A stretch of DNA of 64,000 bases from Acidimicrobiales bacterium (GTDB lineage: Bacteria; Actinomycetota; Acidimicrobiia; Acidimicrobiales; SZUA-35). The stretch's first letter is position 1. Every line of letters starts with the position of its first letter. The notes under the pieces were generated by a model. It was not told the DNA's origin. It did not search any database and worked only from the letters and a program-made list of their open reading frames with translations. The position numbers were made by a program, and so were the translations under genes. The stretch is from positions 23,003 to 87,002 of the forward strand of contig JAHDCV010000006.1 in NCBI GenBank assembly GCA_020629695.1, read 5' to 3'. Positions 8,453 through 18,141 of this stretch are shown piece by piece.

Positions 8453-10753
8453 TCAGTCGGACGTGGTCCGTGCGTCGATGCTGGCCGTCACGAGCTCGTC
8501 GTCGTCGACCTCGTGGTCGACGTGCTGCTCCAGCTCGGCCGGTCCGTCGAACCCCTCGAAGGTCGCCTGGACCGGTGTCGCCGCAGCGCCCGGACCGCCG
8601 TCGGGCCCGTCGTCGTCGCCGGCGGGGTCGTCGCCGTCGTCCGGCCCGGAGCCGGGTCCACCCGGCCCGGGGTCGGTCGTGGCCATCGCGGTGCGGCTCC
8701 GTCGGCGTCGTCGCCACCACACGAACGCCGCCACGAGGACGAGCAGTCCGACGACGACAGCGACCGCGAGCAGGAGGCGGGTCCGGCCGATCTCGGCCGC
8801 CTCGTCGACCAGGGTGTCGACCTCGTTCGCCTCGATCTCGGCGGCTGCGGTGTCGTCGGCGTCGAAGGCCTCGACGGCGTCGTCGAACTCGGCTTCGAGA
8901 TCCGTGCCGTAGAGACCGATCGAGGTGAGCAGGCCCTCGGTTCCGTCGATCTTCGTCCGGGCCTCCCGGATCTCGTCGATCGCCCCGGCGAGATCGTCGA
9001 ACTCTGCGGAGAGGGCCTCGGCGCCCTCCTCGAGCGTCACCTCCTCGTCCTCGTCCAGCGCCTCGTAGTCCGTCTCGAGACGGTCGGGCAGCGTGAGGTC
9101 GAACTCGGCGGCGGCGTCGCGCAGGGCGTCACGTTCCCCGAGCAGCTCGCTCGATCGCTCCATCTGCTCGGCCGCGGTCTGGAACTTCCAGTCGGCCATC
9201 GACAGACGGACCGCGGTGGGTGCGGCCCAGCCGTCGCCGGCCGCCACGAGATCGGCGTAGGCGGCGCGCGCCTCGGACCGGTCGACCAGCTGATTCCGAT
9301 TGATCACGACCCAGGTGTCGAAGATCTCGCTCAGGTCCTCGGCACCGCCGACCTCTTCGGCGAGGTCGAGGAAACGCCGCCAGTCGTCGATCTCCGCGTC
9401 GACCGACTCGGGATCGAGGTCGCCGACGTAGGCGATCTGGTCGGCCTCGGCAGCAGCGATCACCGCCGCCAGGCCGTCGATGCCGATCTCGTCCGCGATC
9501 TCGTCCATCACCTTGAACGACGCTGGATAACCGAACATGTCGTCGTCGTCCCGGGAGAAGTGGCTCCAGCGGTTCAACGGCATCGCGTTGGCGTCGGTGG
9601 CCGAGACCCGGTCGGGGTCGATGCGCTCGGGCGCGTCGGGGTCGTCCATGCGGGCGACGGTCTCGGCGGCGAAGACCTCGGCGAGGCCCTCGGTGATCCA
9701 CCGCTCCTCGAACAGATCGTGGTTGAACCAGCCGTGCGACAGCTCGTGGAAGAGGAGCTGAGCGTCCAGGGCGTCGGTGATCTCGATGCGTTCGTCGTCG
9801 AGGTCGTACCAACCGCCATAGCCGGCGTTCGGGGGGTTGTAGGACTCGATCAGGTCGAGCTCGCTCTCCCGTGGCCAGGGGCCGAGCATGTCGGCCATCA
9901 CCGGGAAGCCGTCCGTCAGTTGCTCGGTGGCGAAGTCCAACCACGTCGGGTCGTCGGGCCACGCACGCAGGTTGACGTCCAGACCGTCGAGCTCGAGGGT
10001 CTCGTCGACCGCGCGATCCACGTCCGATGCCGACACGTAGGCCCAGAAGTCCAGAGCGTCGATCTCTTCGGCTTCGAGCACACGCAGGCCGTCCTCGACG
10101 CGTTCCGACATCTGCGAACCGAACGTGTCATCCACGCGGAACCTCGCCGGCATCTCGACCCGGACGTTGACCGTGCTCGCGAGGTCGATCGCCAGGATCT
10201 CGAAGCCGGCGTAGGCGTCGTTGACCCGGACGAACGAGTCGGTTCGAGGGCCGCGATCGATGATCCGATACGACATGTTCACCGTCGTCGACTGTCGATA
10301 GAAGATGTTGCGAGCGAAGGCGACGTCGATCACGTCGTAGTACTGGTCGGAGTCCTCGGGGATCCGCTCCCAGTCGAGCTCGGTCCCGTTCGACGAGGTG
10401 ATCGACAGGTCACGCACCCCGGTCGGCACGATCAGCACCGAGCCGGTGAAGTAGTACTGCGTGGTGCCACGGCTGGTGGAGCGATTCGGCTTCACGTTCG
10501 TGAAGACGGTCTCGACGCTCACGTCGACGGAGTTCGTCTCGGTGTTGACGACGTAGGTCCAGGACGAGGCGGAGGTGACCCCGTCGCTCTGTGCCGTCGC
10601 CGCCGGGGCCAGCCCGACGACCCCCGCCGCGGCGATCGCCATCGCCAGAAGTACTCGCAGCCCACTCATGGTCCATCGTCCCGATCCGGATCCCCCGACC
10701 GTCGGGGCCCTGACATCTGGACTCGGTGGATCCGTCGGCGGGCTTGATGTCAC
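8453..10753 (-). CDS. Secreted, membrane-anchored gluzincin (M1-like) metallopeptidase
   Basis: Signal peptide (..PAATA-Q); HELSH..WITEGLAE zinc motif; C-terminal TM helix followed by WWRRRRR and an acidic tail. Start could be ATG 10669. Confidence 0.75.
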   Translation of the reverse strand: MTSSPPTDPPSPDVRAPTVGGSGSGRWTMSGLRVLLAMAIAAAGVVGLAPAATAQSDGVTSASSWTYVVNTETNSVDVSVETVFTNVKPNRSTSRGTTQYYFTGSVLIVPTGVRDLSITSSNGTELDWERIPEDSDQYYDVIDVAFARNIFYRQSTTVNMSYRIIDRGPRTDSFVRVNDAYAGFEILAIDLASTVNVRVEMPARFRVDDTFGSQMSERVEDGLRVLEAEEIDALDFWAYVSASDVDRAVDETLELDGLDVNLRAWPDDPTWLDFATEQLTDGFPVMADMLGPWPRESELDLIESYNPPNAGYGGWYDLDDERIEITDALDAQLLFHELSHGWFNHDLFEERWITEGLAEVFAAETVARMDDPDAPERIDPDRVSATDANAMPLNRWSHFSRDDDDMFGYPASFKVMDEIADEIGIDGLAAVIAAAEADQIAYVGDLDPESVDAEIDDWRRFLDLAEEVGGAEDLSEIFDTWVVINRNQLVDRSEARAAYADLVAAGDGWAAPTAVRLSMADWKFQTAAEQMERSSELLGERDALRDAAAEFDLTLPDRLETDYEALDEDEEVTLEEGAEALSAEFDDLAGAIDEIREARTKIDGTEGLLTSIGLYGTDLEAEFDDAVEAFDADDTAAAEIEANEVDTLVDEAAEIGRTRLLLAVAVVVGLLVLVAAFVWWRRRRRSRTAMATTDPGPGGPGSGPDDGDDPAGDDDGPDGGPGAAATPVQATFEGFDGPAELEQHVDHEVDDDELVTASIDARTTSD

Positions 10754-10822
10754 TTCTACGATCCGGGCCGTCCGACCCTCCCGATCTGGGCCGTCCGACC
10801 CGGTGTCGATGTCAGATCGGCG

Positions 10823-11422
10823 TCAGCGATCGTCCCACTTCGGCTCGTAGTGGAGTTCGGTCGCTTCGAGCCGGTCGAGCAGCACCGTTGGGTCGGCGTC
10901 GTCGATGCAGGCGATCCGGTTCTTGGGCTTCAGCAGACCATCGCTGACCGCACGATCCATCCACTCGACGAGGTGCGACCAGTAGCCGTCGACATCGAGC
11001 AGGCCGACTGGCATCGAGTGCAGCCCGAGCTGGGTCCAGGTGAGCGCTTCGGCCAGCTCCTCGAGCGTGCCGAAACCACCCGGAAGGGCAACGACCGCAT
11101 CGGCCGCCGCATACATCTCGGCTTTTCGTTCGTGCATCGAGCCGACGACGCGGAGTTCGGTGATCTCCGCATGGGCGACCTCGGTGGAGATGTGCTCCGG
11201 GATCACGCCGAGGACCTCGCCACCGTTTGCCATCACGGTCGTCGCGACCCGGCCCATCAGCCCACTGTTGCCGCCGCCGTACACGAGCCGGATCCGCCGC
11301 TCGGCCAACTCCCGGCCGAGCGCGACGGTCGCCGCCTCGATCGCGGCGTTGCTCCCGCTCGACGAGGCGCAGAACACGGCGACGGATCGAAGTCGAGGCA
11401 TTCCGGGACCGTAGGCGGTCAT
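10823..11422 (-). CDS. LOG family (TIGR00730) nucleotide phosphoribohydrolase
   Basis: VAVFCASS, LVYGGG, GLMG, MHERK, PGGFGTLEE. Start is ATG 11422 or 11401. Confidence 0.9.
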   Translation of the reverse strand: MTAYGPGMPRLRSVAVFCASSSGSNAAIEAATVALGRELAERRIRLVYGGGNSGLMGRVATTVMANGGEVLGVIPEHISTEVAHAEITELRVVGSMHERKAEMYAAADAVVALPGGFGTLEELAEALTWTQLGLHSMPVGLLDVDGYWSHLVEWMDRAVSDGLLKPKNRIACIDDADPTVLLDRLEATELHYEPKWDDR

Positions 11423-11479
11423 CGCCCCGACATGGCCCGCAATTCCAGCCTTCCCATCGGGCCAGCTAGCCTCGCCGCT

Positions 11480-13030
11480 GTGAGCGACTCCCCCTTGCAA
11501 TCGAAGCTCGATGACCTCGCACGTCGGAAAGAGGAGGCCCGCAACGCCGGGCCCGAGCGGTCCGTTCTGCGCCAGCGGGAGAAGGGCAAGATGCTCGCCC
11601 GCGAGCGGATCGACTACCTGCTCGACGAAGGGTCGTTCCACGAACTCGACATGTTGGCCCGCACCCGTCACGCCGACGCGACCGACCGGCCGTACACCGA
11701 CGGCATCATCACCGGCTGGGGCACGGTCGACGGGCGCAAGGTGTTCGTCTACTCCCAGGACTTCACGATCAACGGCGGTTCGCTCGGCGAGGTGTTCGCC
11801 GAGAAGGTGCACAAGGTCATGGACCTCGCCACCTCGGTCGGGGCCCCGCTCATCGGCCTCAACGACGGCGCCGGGGCGCGGATCCCCGAGGGCGTCGTCT
11901 CGCTCGACGGCTACGGCGGGATCTTCTACCGGAACGTCCAGGCCTCCGGCGTCATCCCGCAGATCTCGGTGATCCTCGGGCCGTGCGCCGGTGGAGCGGT
12001 GTACAGCCCGGCCATGACCGACTTCATCTTCATGGTGCGGGAGACCTCGCACATGTTCATCACCGGCCCTGACGTCGTGAAGACCGTGACCGGCGAGGAG
12101 GTGACGCTCGAAGAGCTCGGTGGTGCCGGGTCGCATTCGTCGAAGTCCGGCGTGGCCACCCACGTCTCACCCAACGAGGAAGCGGTGCTCGACGAGGTCA
12201 AGTACCTGCTCAGCTTCCTGCCCTCGAACAATCTCGAGGAGGGCCCCGCCGTCGAGCCCGAGGACGATCCGGCGCGTTTGTGTCCCGAGCTCGCGGACCT
12301 CATGCCCGAGTCGCCGAACATGCCCTACGACATGAAGGCGGTCATCTCGGCCGTCGTCGATGACGGCGAGTTCATGGAGTACCACGCCGCGTGGGCCCAG
12401 TCGATCGTGTGCGGCTTCGCACGTCTCGACGGTCGGCCCGTCGGCATCGTCGGCAACCAGCCGATGTTCTTCGCCGGCGTGTTGGACATCGACTCGTCCT
12501 CGAAGGCCGCTCGCTTCGTCCGCACCTGCGACGCCTTCAACCTCCCGATCGTCACCTTCGTCGACGTGCCCGGGTTCCTGCCCGGTGTCGATCAGGAATA
12601 CGGCGGCATCATCCGTCATGGCGCCAAACTGCTCTACGCCTATTGCGAGGCGACCGTGCCCCGGATCCAGGTGATCACCCGCAAGGCCTACGGCGGCGCC
12701 TACGTCGTGATGGACTCCAAGTCGATCGGTTCGGATCTGTCGTACGCGTGGCCGTCGGCCGAGTTGGCGGTGATGGGCCCCGAGGGCGCCACCGACATCG
12801 TGTATCGGCGGGAGATCCAGTCTGCGTCCGACCCGGTCGCCCGGCGCACCGAGCTGATCGACGAATACAAGGAGCGGTTCGCGAACCCGTGGATCGCGGC
12901 CGAGCGGGGGTACGTCGACGACGTGATCGATCCCGCCGAGACCCGGGTGAAGCTCATCGCCGGGTTGGAGATGCTGCGGTCCAAGCAGGAGGACCTACCG
13001 AAGCGCAAGCACGGGAACGTGCCGCTGTGA
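11480..13030 (+). CDS. pccB: Acyl-CoA (propionyl-CoA) carboxylase carboxyltransferase subunit
   Basis: ARERIDYLLDEGSF, GPCAGGAVYSPAMTDF, VDVPGFLPG, ITRKAYGGAY, C-terminal KHGNVPL. Confidence 0.93.
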   Translation: MSDSPLQSKLDDLARRKEEARNAGPERSVLRQREKGKMLARERIDYLLDEGSFHELDMLARTRHADATDRPYTDGIITGWGTVDGRKVFVYSQDFTINGGSLGEVFAEKVHKVMDLATSVGAPLIGLNDGAGARIPEGVVSLDGYGGIFYRNVQASGVIPQISVILGPCAGGAVYSPAMTDFIFMVRETSHMFITGPDVVKTVTGEEVTLEELGGAGSHSSKSGVATHVSPNEEAVLDEVKYLLSFLPSNNLEEGPAVEPEDDPARLCPELADLMPESPNMPYDMKAVISAVVDDGEFMEYHAAWAQSIVCGFARLDGRPVGIVGNQPMFFAGVLDIDSSSKAARFVRTCDAFNLPIVTFVDVPGFLPGVDQEYGGIIRHGAKLLYAYCEATVPRIQVITRKAYGGAYVVMDSKSIGSDLSYAWPSAELAVMGPEGATDIVYRREIQSASDPVARRTELIDEYKERFANPWIAAERGYVDDVIDPAETRVKLIAGLEMLRSKQEDLPKRKHGNVPL

Positions 13031-13218
13031 GCCTCGAGATCTCGCCCGTTCCGAGCGACGAGGAGGCGGCGGCGATCGCCGCCGCGCTGGTGGTCGGATG
13101 GCCGACGGTCGCCGCCGAGGTCGAGGCCGGCGTTCGACGCCCGCCGGCCTGGCGCTTCGCCGGGCGCTGGTGGGGCGGTCCCGTCGCCGTCGAGCGCGCC
13201 CGCCCCTGGCGACGGTGA
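13027..13218 (+). CDS. Acyl-CoA carboxylase epsilon subunit-like small protein
   Basis: VSLEISPVPSDEEAAAIAAAL...PAWRFAGRWW, the AccE/PccE pattern; GTGA overlap with pccB. Confidence 0.75.
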   Translation: MSLEISPVPSDEEAAAIAAALVVGWPTVAAEVEAGVRRPPAWRFAGRWWGGPVAVERARPWRR

Positions 13219-13562
13219 TCGCACGACGCGTCGCGGCGGTGGCCCTGCTCGCCCTGCTCGCCGGATGTGCGACTCAGGAAGAACTCACGATCGAGACCGT
13301 GGCGTCCGGAGACTTCCGACTCACCGTCGGTGTGCGTCACCTGGTGTGCGACTCCGAACCGATCCTCCAGGCCCGCGAGGTCGACGGTGCGATCGAACTC
13401 CGTGCCCGGCGCGCCACGAACCGTTGCGGGACCGAACAGCGACTCACCGAGTTCGAGCTCGACTTCTCCGAGCCGCTGCCCGGGCGACAGATCATCATCA
13501 CCCAACCCGCAGGCGTCACCGTCTGCCCCGTCGCCGAGCTCGTCACCGTCACCTGCAACTGA
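13215..13562 (+). CDS. Small lipoprotein, hypothetical
   Basis: Lipobox LLAGC after a hydrophobic stretch; four further Cys; GTGA overlap with the upstream gene. Confidence 0.65.
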   Translation: MIARRVAAVALLALLAGCATQEELTIETVASGDFRLTVGVRHLVCDSEPILQAREVDGAIELRARRATNRCGTEQRLTEFELDFSEPLPGRQIIITQPAGVTVCPVAELVTVTCN

Positions 13563-13637
13563 CCCGCCCCCGAAATCCCAGGCCCAGCCGACAGGTTTTG
13601 TCGCTGTCGCCATGCAATTCCAGCAAGCGCGGGATGA

Positions 13638-14381
13638 TCAGGCCGGTTTCCGCCATGTCGAGACGTGGCTGGCGCTGTCGGCGGTGAACGTCGACCCGCT
13701 CCAGTCCCCCCAGCGATGCTCGAGTTCGAGCCCGGCGATCCGAGCCATCAGGTCGTACTCCGCCGGCCAGGCGTAGCGGTGGGTGGAGGCGAAGGTGCGG
13801 GCACGACCCCCGTCGACCCAGGTGTGGTGGGACGTCAGCGTCTGGTTGACGAAGTCGTACTCGTCGATTCCGGTGTGGTCGCCCGTGGCGTCGAACACCG
13901 CATGCCGTTCGCCCGGCATGACGCGGCGGATCTGCGGGATGTGGACCTCGATCAGGAAACGCCCGCCAGGGCCGAGATGGTCGGCGGCGTTCCGGAAGCA
14001 GCGCACCTGGGCGTCTTGGGTGAGCAGGTTCGTGATCGTGTTGAAGACCAGGTAGACGAGTCCGAACTCACCTTCGACCCGGACCGATGCCATGTCGCCG
14101 AGCACCACCGGCAGATCGGCTCCGCCGGGTTTGGCCCGCAGCTCCGCGAGCATCCCGGGTGAGTACTCGATGCCGTGCACCTCGGCACCGGTCTCGGCGA
14201 ACGGCAGGCCGATCCGTCCGGTCCCGATCGCGAACTCGAGGACGGGTCGGTGGTCGGCCAGTCGTCGGAGGCAGGCGACGGTCTCGGCGACTTCCGCCGT
14301 TCGCCCGTGGCCGCGCAGGCTCGCGTCGTAGTGCCGTGCGCCTTCGTCCCAGGTCTCGACGGGTTGCAGATGGTCGGTCAT
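13638..14381 (-). CDS. Class I SAM-dependent methyltransferase
   Basis: VLEFAIGTGRI motif I, GIEYS, GDM, VYLVFNT, HLGPGGRF. Confidence 0.88.
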   Translation of the reverse strand: MTDHLQPVETWDEGARHYDASLRGHGRTAEVAETVACLRRLADHRPVLEFAIGTGRIGLPFAETGAEVHGIEYSPGMLAELRAKPGGADLPVVLGDMASVRVEGEFGLVYLVFNTITNLLTQDAQVRCFRNAADHLGPGGRFLIEVHIPQIRRVMPGERHAVFDATGDHTGIDEYDFVNQTLTSHHTWVDGGRARTFASTHRYAWPAEYDLMARIAGLELEHRWGDWSGSTFTADSASHVSTWRKPA

Positions 14382-15265
14382 CGCTCCTCCAGCAGGGTTC
14401 GCCGACACCACTCGTCGAGCTCGGGCTCCTCATCGCCGACCCAGCTCCAGTACCCGGCCAGCCATCGCTCCATCGCCGGCAATGCCCCCAGGAGTCCTCG
14501 CCGACGGAGCCAGTCGTCGACGACCGGGTGATCGGTGGGTGCGAGCGCCCCGCGGAGGGTGTCGATCCGGAAGTACGCCGCGGTGGCCAGTGCATCGAGC
14601 CGGCGGTCGGCGATGGCGGTGGTCGGGCCGAAGTCGAGGATGGCCGTGACCGCGGTGCCGGAGGACAGCACATTCGGTGCACATCCATCGAGGTGGCACA
14701 GCCCGACGGGCCCGTCCGTCGGAAGGCCGTCGGTGAGTGCCGCAGGGTCCACGCTCGCGAAGTCGGGGTCCGCACGCTCGAGACTCCGCGCCACCCGTTC
14801 GACGAGCCAACTGCTCGTCGCGGTGGTGTGGTGAACGAAGGGTCCGATGATGTCCCCGACGACACCGACGCCGGCGGGGTGCGCCGAACGGACGTCCGGC
14901 AGTGCCTCGAAGGCGTCGAGCACGCCGACGATCAGGCGGTCGCGGTCCGGCCGGTCGAGTGAAGGAAGGACCTCCTGGACGGGTCGACCCGGAAGTCGGC
15001 GTTCGACGGCGAGGTGGCGTGTTGCGACGGTGTGGACCTCCAGCGTCTCCGGCAGCGCGAATCGGACGGCTCGACGGTCGAATGTCGTGAGGAGCTCGAC
15101 GCGCTCGTGGAGTGACTCGAGGGATGATCCGGCGTGGGCGATCCGGAGGACGAGGTCGTCCCCGAGGGGGTAGACCGTGGCCTCCCCACCGGAGCCGAGT
15201 GGCTCGGCCGTCACTCCGAAGTGCGCGAGTGCCGCGCGGAGGCCGGCGTCGTCAGAGCGAGTCAC
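14378..15265 (-). CDS. Aminoglycoside phosphotransferase (APH)/kinase-like family protein
   Basis: LGSGGEATVY P-loop, Brenner-like CHLDGCAPNVL, AILDFG. Confidence 0.75.
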   Translation of the reverse strand: MTRSDDAGLRAALAHFGVTAEPLGSGGEATVYPLGDDLVLRIAHAGSSLESLHERVELLTTFDRRAVRFALPETLEVHTVATRHLAVERRLPGRPVQEVLPSLDRPDRDRLIVGVLDAFEALPDVRSAHPAGVGVVGDIIGPFVHHTTATSSWLVERVARSLERADPDFASVDPAALTDGLPTDGPVGLCHLDGCAPNVLSSGTAVTAILDFGPTTAIADRRLDALATAAYFRIDTLRGALAPTDHPVVDDWLRRRGLLGALPAMERWLAGYWSWVGDEEPELDEWCRRTLLEER

Positions 15266-15353
15266 GTGCCGCAGCCTCGCAGATCGCGAGCACGCGCTCG
15301 CCGGAATTGCAGGCCCGGAGCGGCAGGACCTGTCGCCTCAGCCTGGGAATTCG

Positions 15354-16118
15354 CTAGTCGCCCATGACGGCGGCGACTTCGATGCGGTCCTGGCGCCACT
15401 CGCGGGCAGACGAGAGCGCCTGGTCGGCGGCGGTCATGATCTCCTCGGAGGAGAACGCATGTGCCGGGTAGCACGCGATGCCGGCCCACATGGTCGTGCC
15501 GGTCGACTGTTCGGTCATGGCCCGGCGGATCCGCTCGACGGTCCAGATGGCACCGTTCTCGGGAGTGTCCTCGAGCAGGAGCGCGAAGTAGCCGTTGCGG
15601 AGACGGCACGCCGTGTCGGCTTCTCGCAGGGTCTCGGTGATCGAGGTGGCGACGATGTGGGCGTCCGCGTCCTGGACCTGATCACCGGGCAGGCCGGTGA
15701 CGACTTCGAGCAGGACCACGGCCACGGGCCGGAGGTGGCGACGGGCGGCAGCGAGGCGGGAGTCGAGGGCGACGTGGAAGAAGCCTTCGGAGAACAGCCC
15801 GGTCTGGACGTCGGTGAGCGTGTCGTCCCCGGCGTCGATCTCGGCGACCTCGTACTCGACCTCGATGTCGCGGCGTAGCTGTTCGCGGGCTTCGGCGGCT
15901 TCGGAGCGCACGGTCCGCAGCTCACCTTCGACGAGCTTCTGCAGGGCGGCCTGTTCGTCGAGGCGCTGGGCGAGGCGCACTCCGGCAACACCTGCGGCGA
16001 GCGCGAGCACACCGGCGACGGCGCCGAAGATCTGCTCACCCATGAACGCCGCGAGCAGACCCGCAGCGAGTCCGAGGAAGCCGGTCACCAGGCCGGGCAG
16101 GGCAGCACGTCCACTCAT
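15354..16118 (-). CDS. Membrane-anchored GGDEF-domain protein with degenerate active site
   Basis: Two TM helices, coiled coil, TDVQTGL, READTACRLRNGYFALLL (RNGYF replaces GGDEF), AGIACYP, AADQAL. Confidence 0.8.
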   Translation of the reverse strand: MSGRAALPGLVTGFLGLAAGLLAAFMGEQIFGAVAGVLALAAGVAGVRLAQRLDEQAALQKLVEGELRTVRSEAAEAREQLRRDIEVEYEVAEIDAGDDTLTDVQTGLFSEGFFHVALDSRLAAARRHLRPVAVVLLEVVTGLPGDQVQDADAHIVATSITETLREADTACRLRNGYFALLLEDTPENGAIWTVERIRRAMTEQSTGTTMWAGIACYPAHAFSSEEIMTAADQALSSAREWRQDRIEVAAVMGD

Positions 16119-16182
16119 CGGTTCTCCATCGGCACCGGGTCGAAGAAGATGAACCATCTGGGCATGACGACCACCGTATTCG

Positions 16183-18141
16183 TCAGGTGGTGGCCAATTC
16201 GGCGATCTCGGAGATGATCTTGCCGATCTCGAAGTCCTTGGGGGTGTAGACCGCGGCGGCGCCGGCGGCCATCAGTGTCGCCCGGTCGCTCTCGGGAATG
16301 ATTCCTCCCACGACGACCGGGGCCTCGCAACCGGCCTCGCGGATGCGTCGGATCGTGTCCGGGACGAGCTCGAGATGGGAACCCGACAGGATCGAGAGCC
16401 CGACGGCGTCGACGTCTTCGTCGCGTGCCGCCGCGGCGATCTCGGCCGGTGTCAACCGGATGCCCTGGTAGATCACCTCCATGCCGGCGTCGCGTGCCGC
16501 GACGGCGATCTGTTCCGCCCCGTTCGAGTGGCCGTCGAGGCCGGGCTTGGCGACGAGCAGTCTCGGCGGTCCCTCGGGTCGGGCTCCCAACTGCACGGCG
16601 ATCGCCCGGAGCGCCTCGCTCCCGCCGCCCGCTCCCGCAGCCGCCGCGACGCCGGTGGGAGCGCGGTACTCGCCGAACACCGAGCGGAGGGTCTCGGCCC
16701 ACTCGCCCGTGGTCCCGCCGGCCTCGGCGAGAGCGATCGTCGGGATCATGATGTTGTCGCCGTTCTCGGCCGCTGCGCTCAGCTCCGCTCGGGCTGCGGC
16801 GACGGCACCGTTGTTGCGTCCGGCCCGCCACGCCTCGATCGCGGACACGGCCTCGGCCTGGACGTTCGGGTCGACGGTCAGGATCGCGTCGTCGCCGCCG
16901 AGGGGCGACTCCGCCGTCTCGGTGAAGGCGTTGACGCCGACGATGGTCTGTTCGTTCCGCTCGATCCGGCGGAGGCGCTCGGCATGGGACCGGACCAGCC
17001 GGCCCTTCAGCTCCTCCACGGCGTCGAAGGCGCCGCCCATCTCCAGGACCTCGTCGAGCTCGGCGGTGGCGGACTCCATGAGGTCGTTGGTGAGGCGGTC
17101 CATCACGACGGACCCCTCGAAGATGTCGCCGTACTCCAGCAGGTCCGTTTCGTGGGCGAGCACCTGCTGGATCCGGAGCGACCACTGCTGGTCCCAGGGT
17201 CGGGGAAGCCCGAGCGCCTCGTTCCAGGCGGGAAGTTGCAGCGAGCGGGCGCGAGCGTCGGCGGACAGCGTGACGCCGAGAGCCTCGAGCACGATCCGCT
17301 GGACGTTGTTCTCCGGTTGGGCTTCGGTCAGCCCGAGGGAGTTGACCTGGACGCCATAGCGGAAGCGGCGGGCCTTCGGATCGGTGATGCCGTACCGCTC
17401 GAGGCAGATCCGGTCCCACAACTTCGTGAAGGCCCGCATCTTGGCGGTCTCCTCGACGAAGCGGATGCCGGCGTTCACGAAGAACGAGACCGATCCGACC
17501 ACGTGGGTGAAGCGGTCGTCGTCGACCTGACCCGACTCCTTCACCGCATCGAGCACGCCGATGGCGGTGGCGAGTGCGTAGGCGATCTCCTGCGTCGGCG
17601 TCGCTCCGGCCTCCTGGAGGTGATACGAGCACACGTTCATCGGGTTCCACTTGGGCACGTGTTCGGAGCAGAACGCGAACATGTCGACGATCAGTCGTCG
17701 GCTCGGCTCGGGGCCGAAGATGTAGGTGCCCCGGCTGAGGTACTCCTTGACGATGTCGTTCTGGGTCGTGCCGCGCAGGGCGGCCGACGGAACGCCTTGC
17801 ACCTTCGCGTTGGCGATGTGCAGTCCGAGCAGCCACGCGGCCGGCGCGTTGATCGTCATCGAGGTGTTCATCTCCCCGACGGGGATGCCATCGAGCAGCG
17901 TGGCCATGTCGCCGAGATGCGACACGGGCACGCCGACCTTGCCGACCTCGCCGGCGGCGAGAGGATGGTCCGGGTCGTAGCCGGTCTGGGTCGGGAGATC
18001 GAACGCGATCGACAGGCCCGTCTGCCCCTTGGCCAGGTTGGTGCGGTAGAGCTCGTTCGACGCCTTCGCCGTCGAGTGTCCCGAGTAGGTCCGCATCATC
18101 CATGGACGGCTGCGGGGCGTGGGGCTGGTCGTGTCAGACAT
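16183..18141 (-). CDS. meaA: Protein MeaA / ethylmalonyl-CoA mutase (B12-dependent)
   Basis: RPWMMRTYSGHSTA, GLSIAFDLPTQTGYD, RFRYGVQVNSLGLTE, B12-binding KPGLDGHSNGA. Confidence 0.92.
   Translation of the reverse strand: MSDTTSPTPRSRPWMMRTYSGHSTAKASNELYRTNLAKGQTGLSIAFDLPTQTGYDPDHPLAAGEVGKVGVPVSHLGDMATLLDGIPVGEMNTSMTINAPAAWLLGLHIANAKVQGVPSAALRGTTQNDIVKEYLSRGTYIFGPEPSRRLIVDMFAFCSEHVPKWNPMNVCSYHLQEAGATPTQEIAYALATAIGVLDAVKESGQVDDDRFTHVVGSVSFFVNAGIRFVEETAKMRAFTKLWDRICLERYGITDPKARRFRYGVQVNSLGLTEAQPENNVQRIVLEALGVTLSADARARSLQLPAWNEALGLPRPWDQQWSLRIQQVLAHETDLLEYGDIFEGSVVMDRLTNDLMESATAELDEVLEMGGAFDAVEELKGRLVRSHAERLRRIERNEQTIVGVNAFTETAESPLGGDDAILTVDPNVQAEAVSAIEAWRAGRNNGAVAAARAELSAAAENGDNIMIPTIALAEAGGTTGEWAETLRSVFGEYRAPTGVAAAAGAGGGSEALRAIAVQLGARPEGPPRLLVAKPGLDGHSNGAEQIAVAARDAGMEVIYQGIRLTPAEIAAAARDEDVDAVGLSILSGSHLELVPDTIRRIREAGCEAPVVVGGIIPESDRATLMAAGAAAVYTPKDFEIGKIISEIAELATT

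Noticed and set aside
8513-10747. 744-aa plus-strand ORF
   Set aside because: Antisense shadow of the peptidase; high-GC codon bias removes stops on the opposite strand and there are no motifs.
13554-13637. Possible Sec readthrough at Cys-Asn-TGA of the small lipoprotein
   Set aside because: The downstream frame is short with poor codon bias, no convincing SECIS hairpin, and the four mature Cys already pair up.
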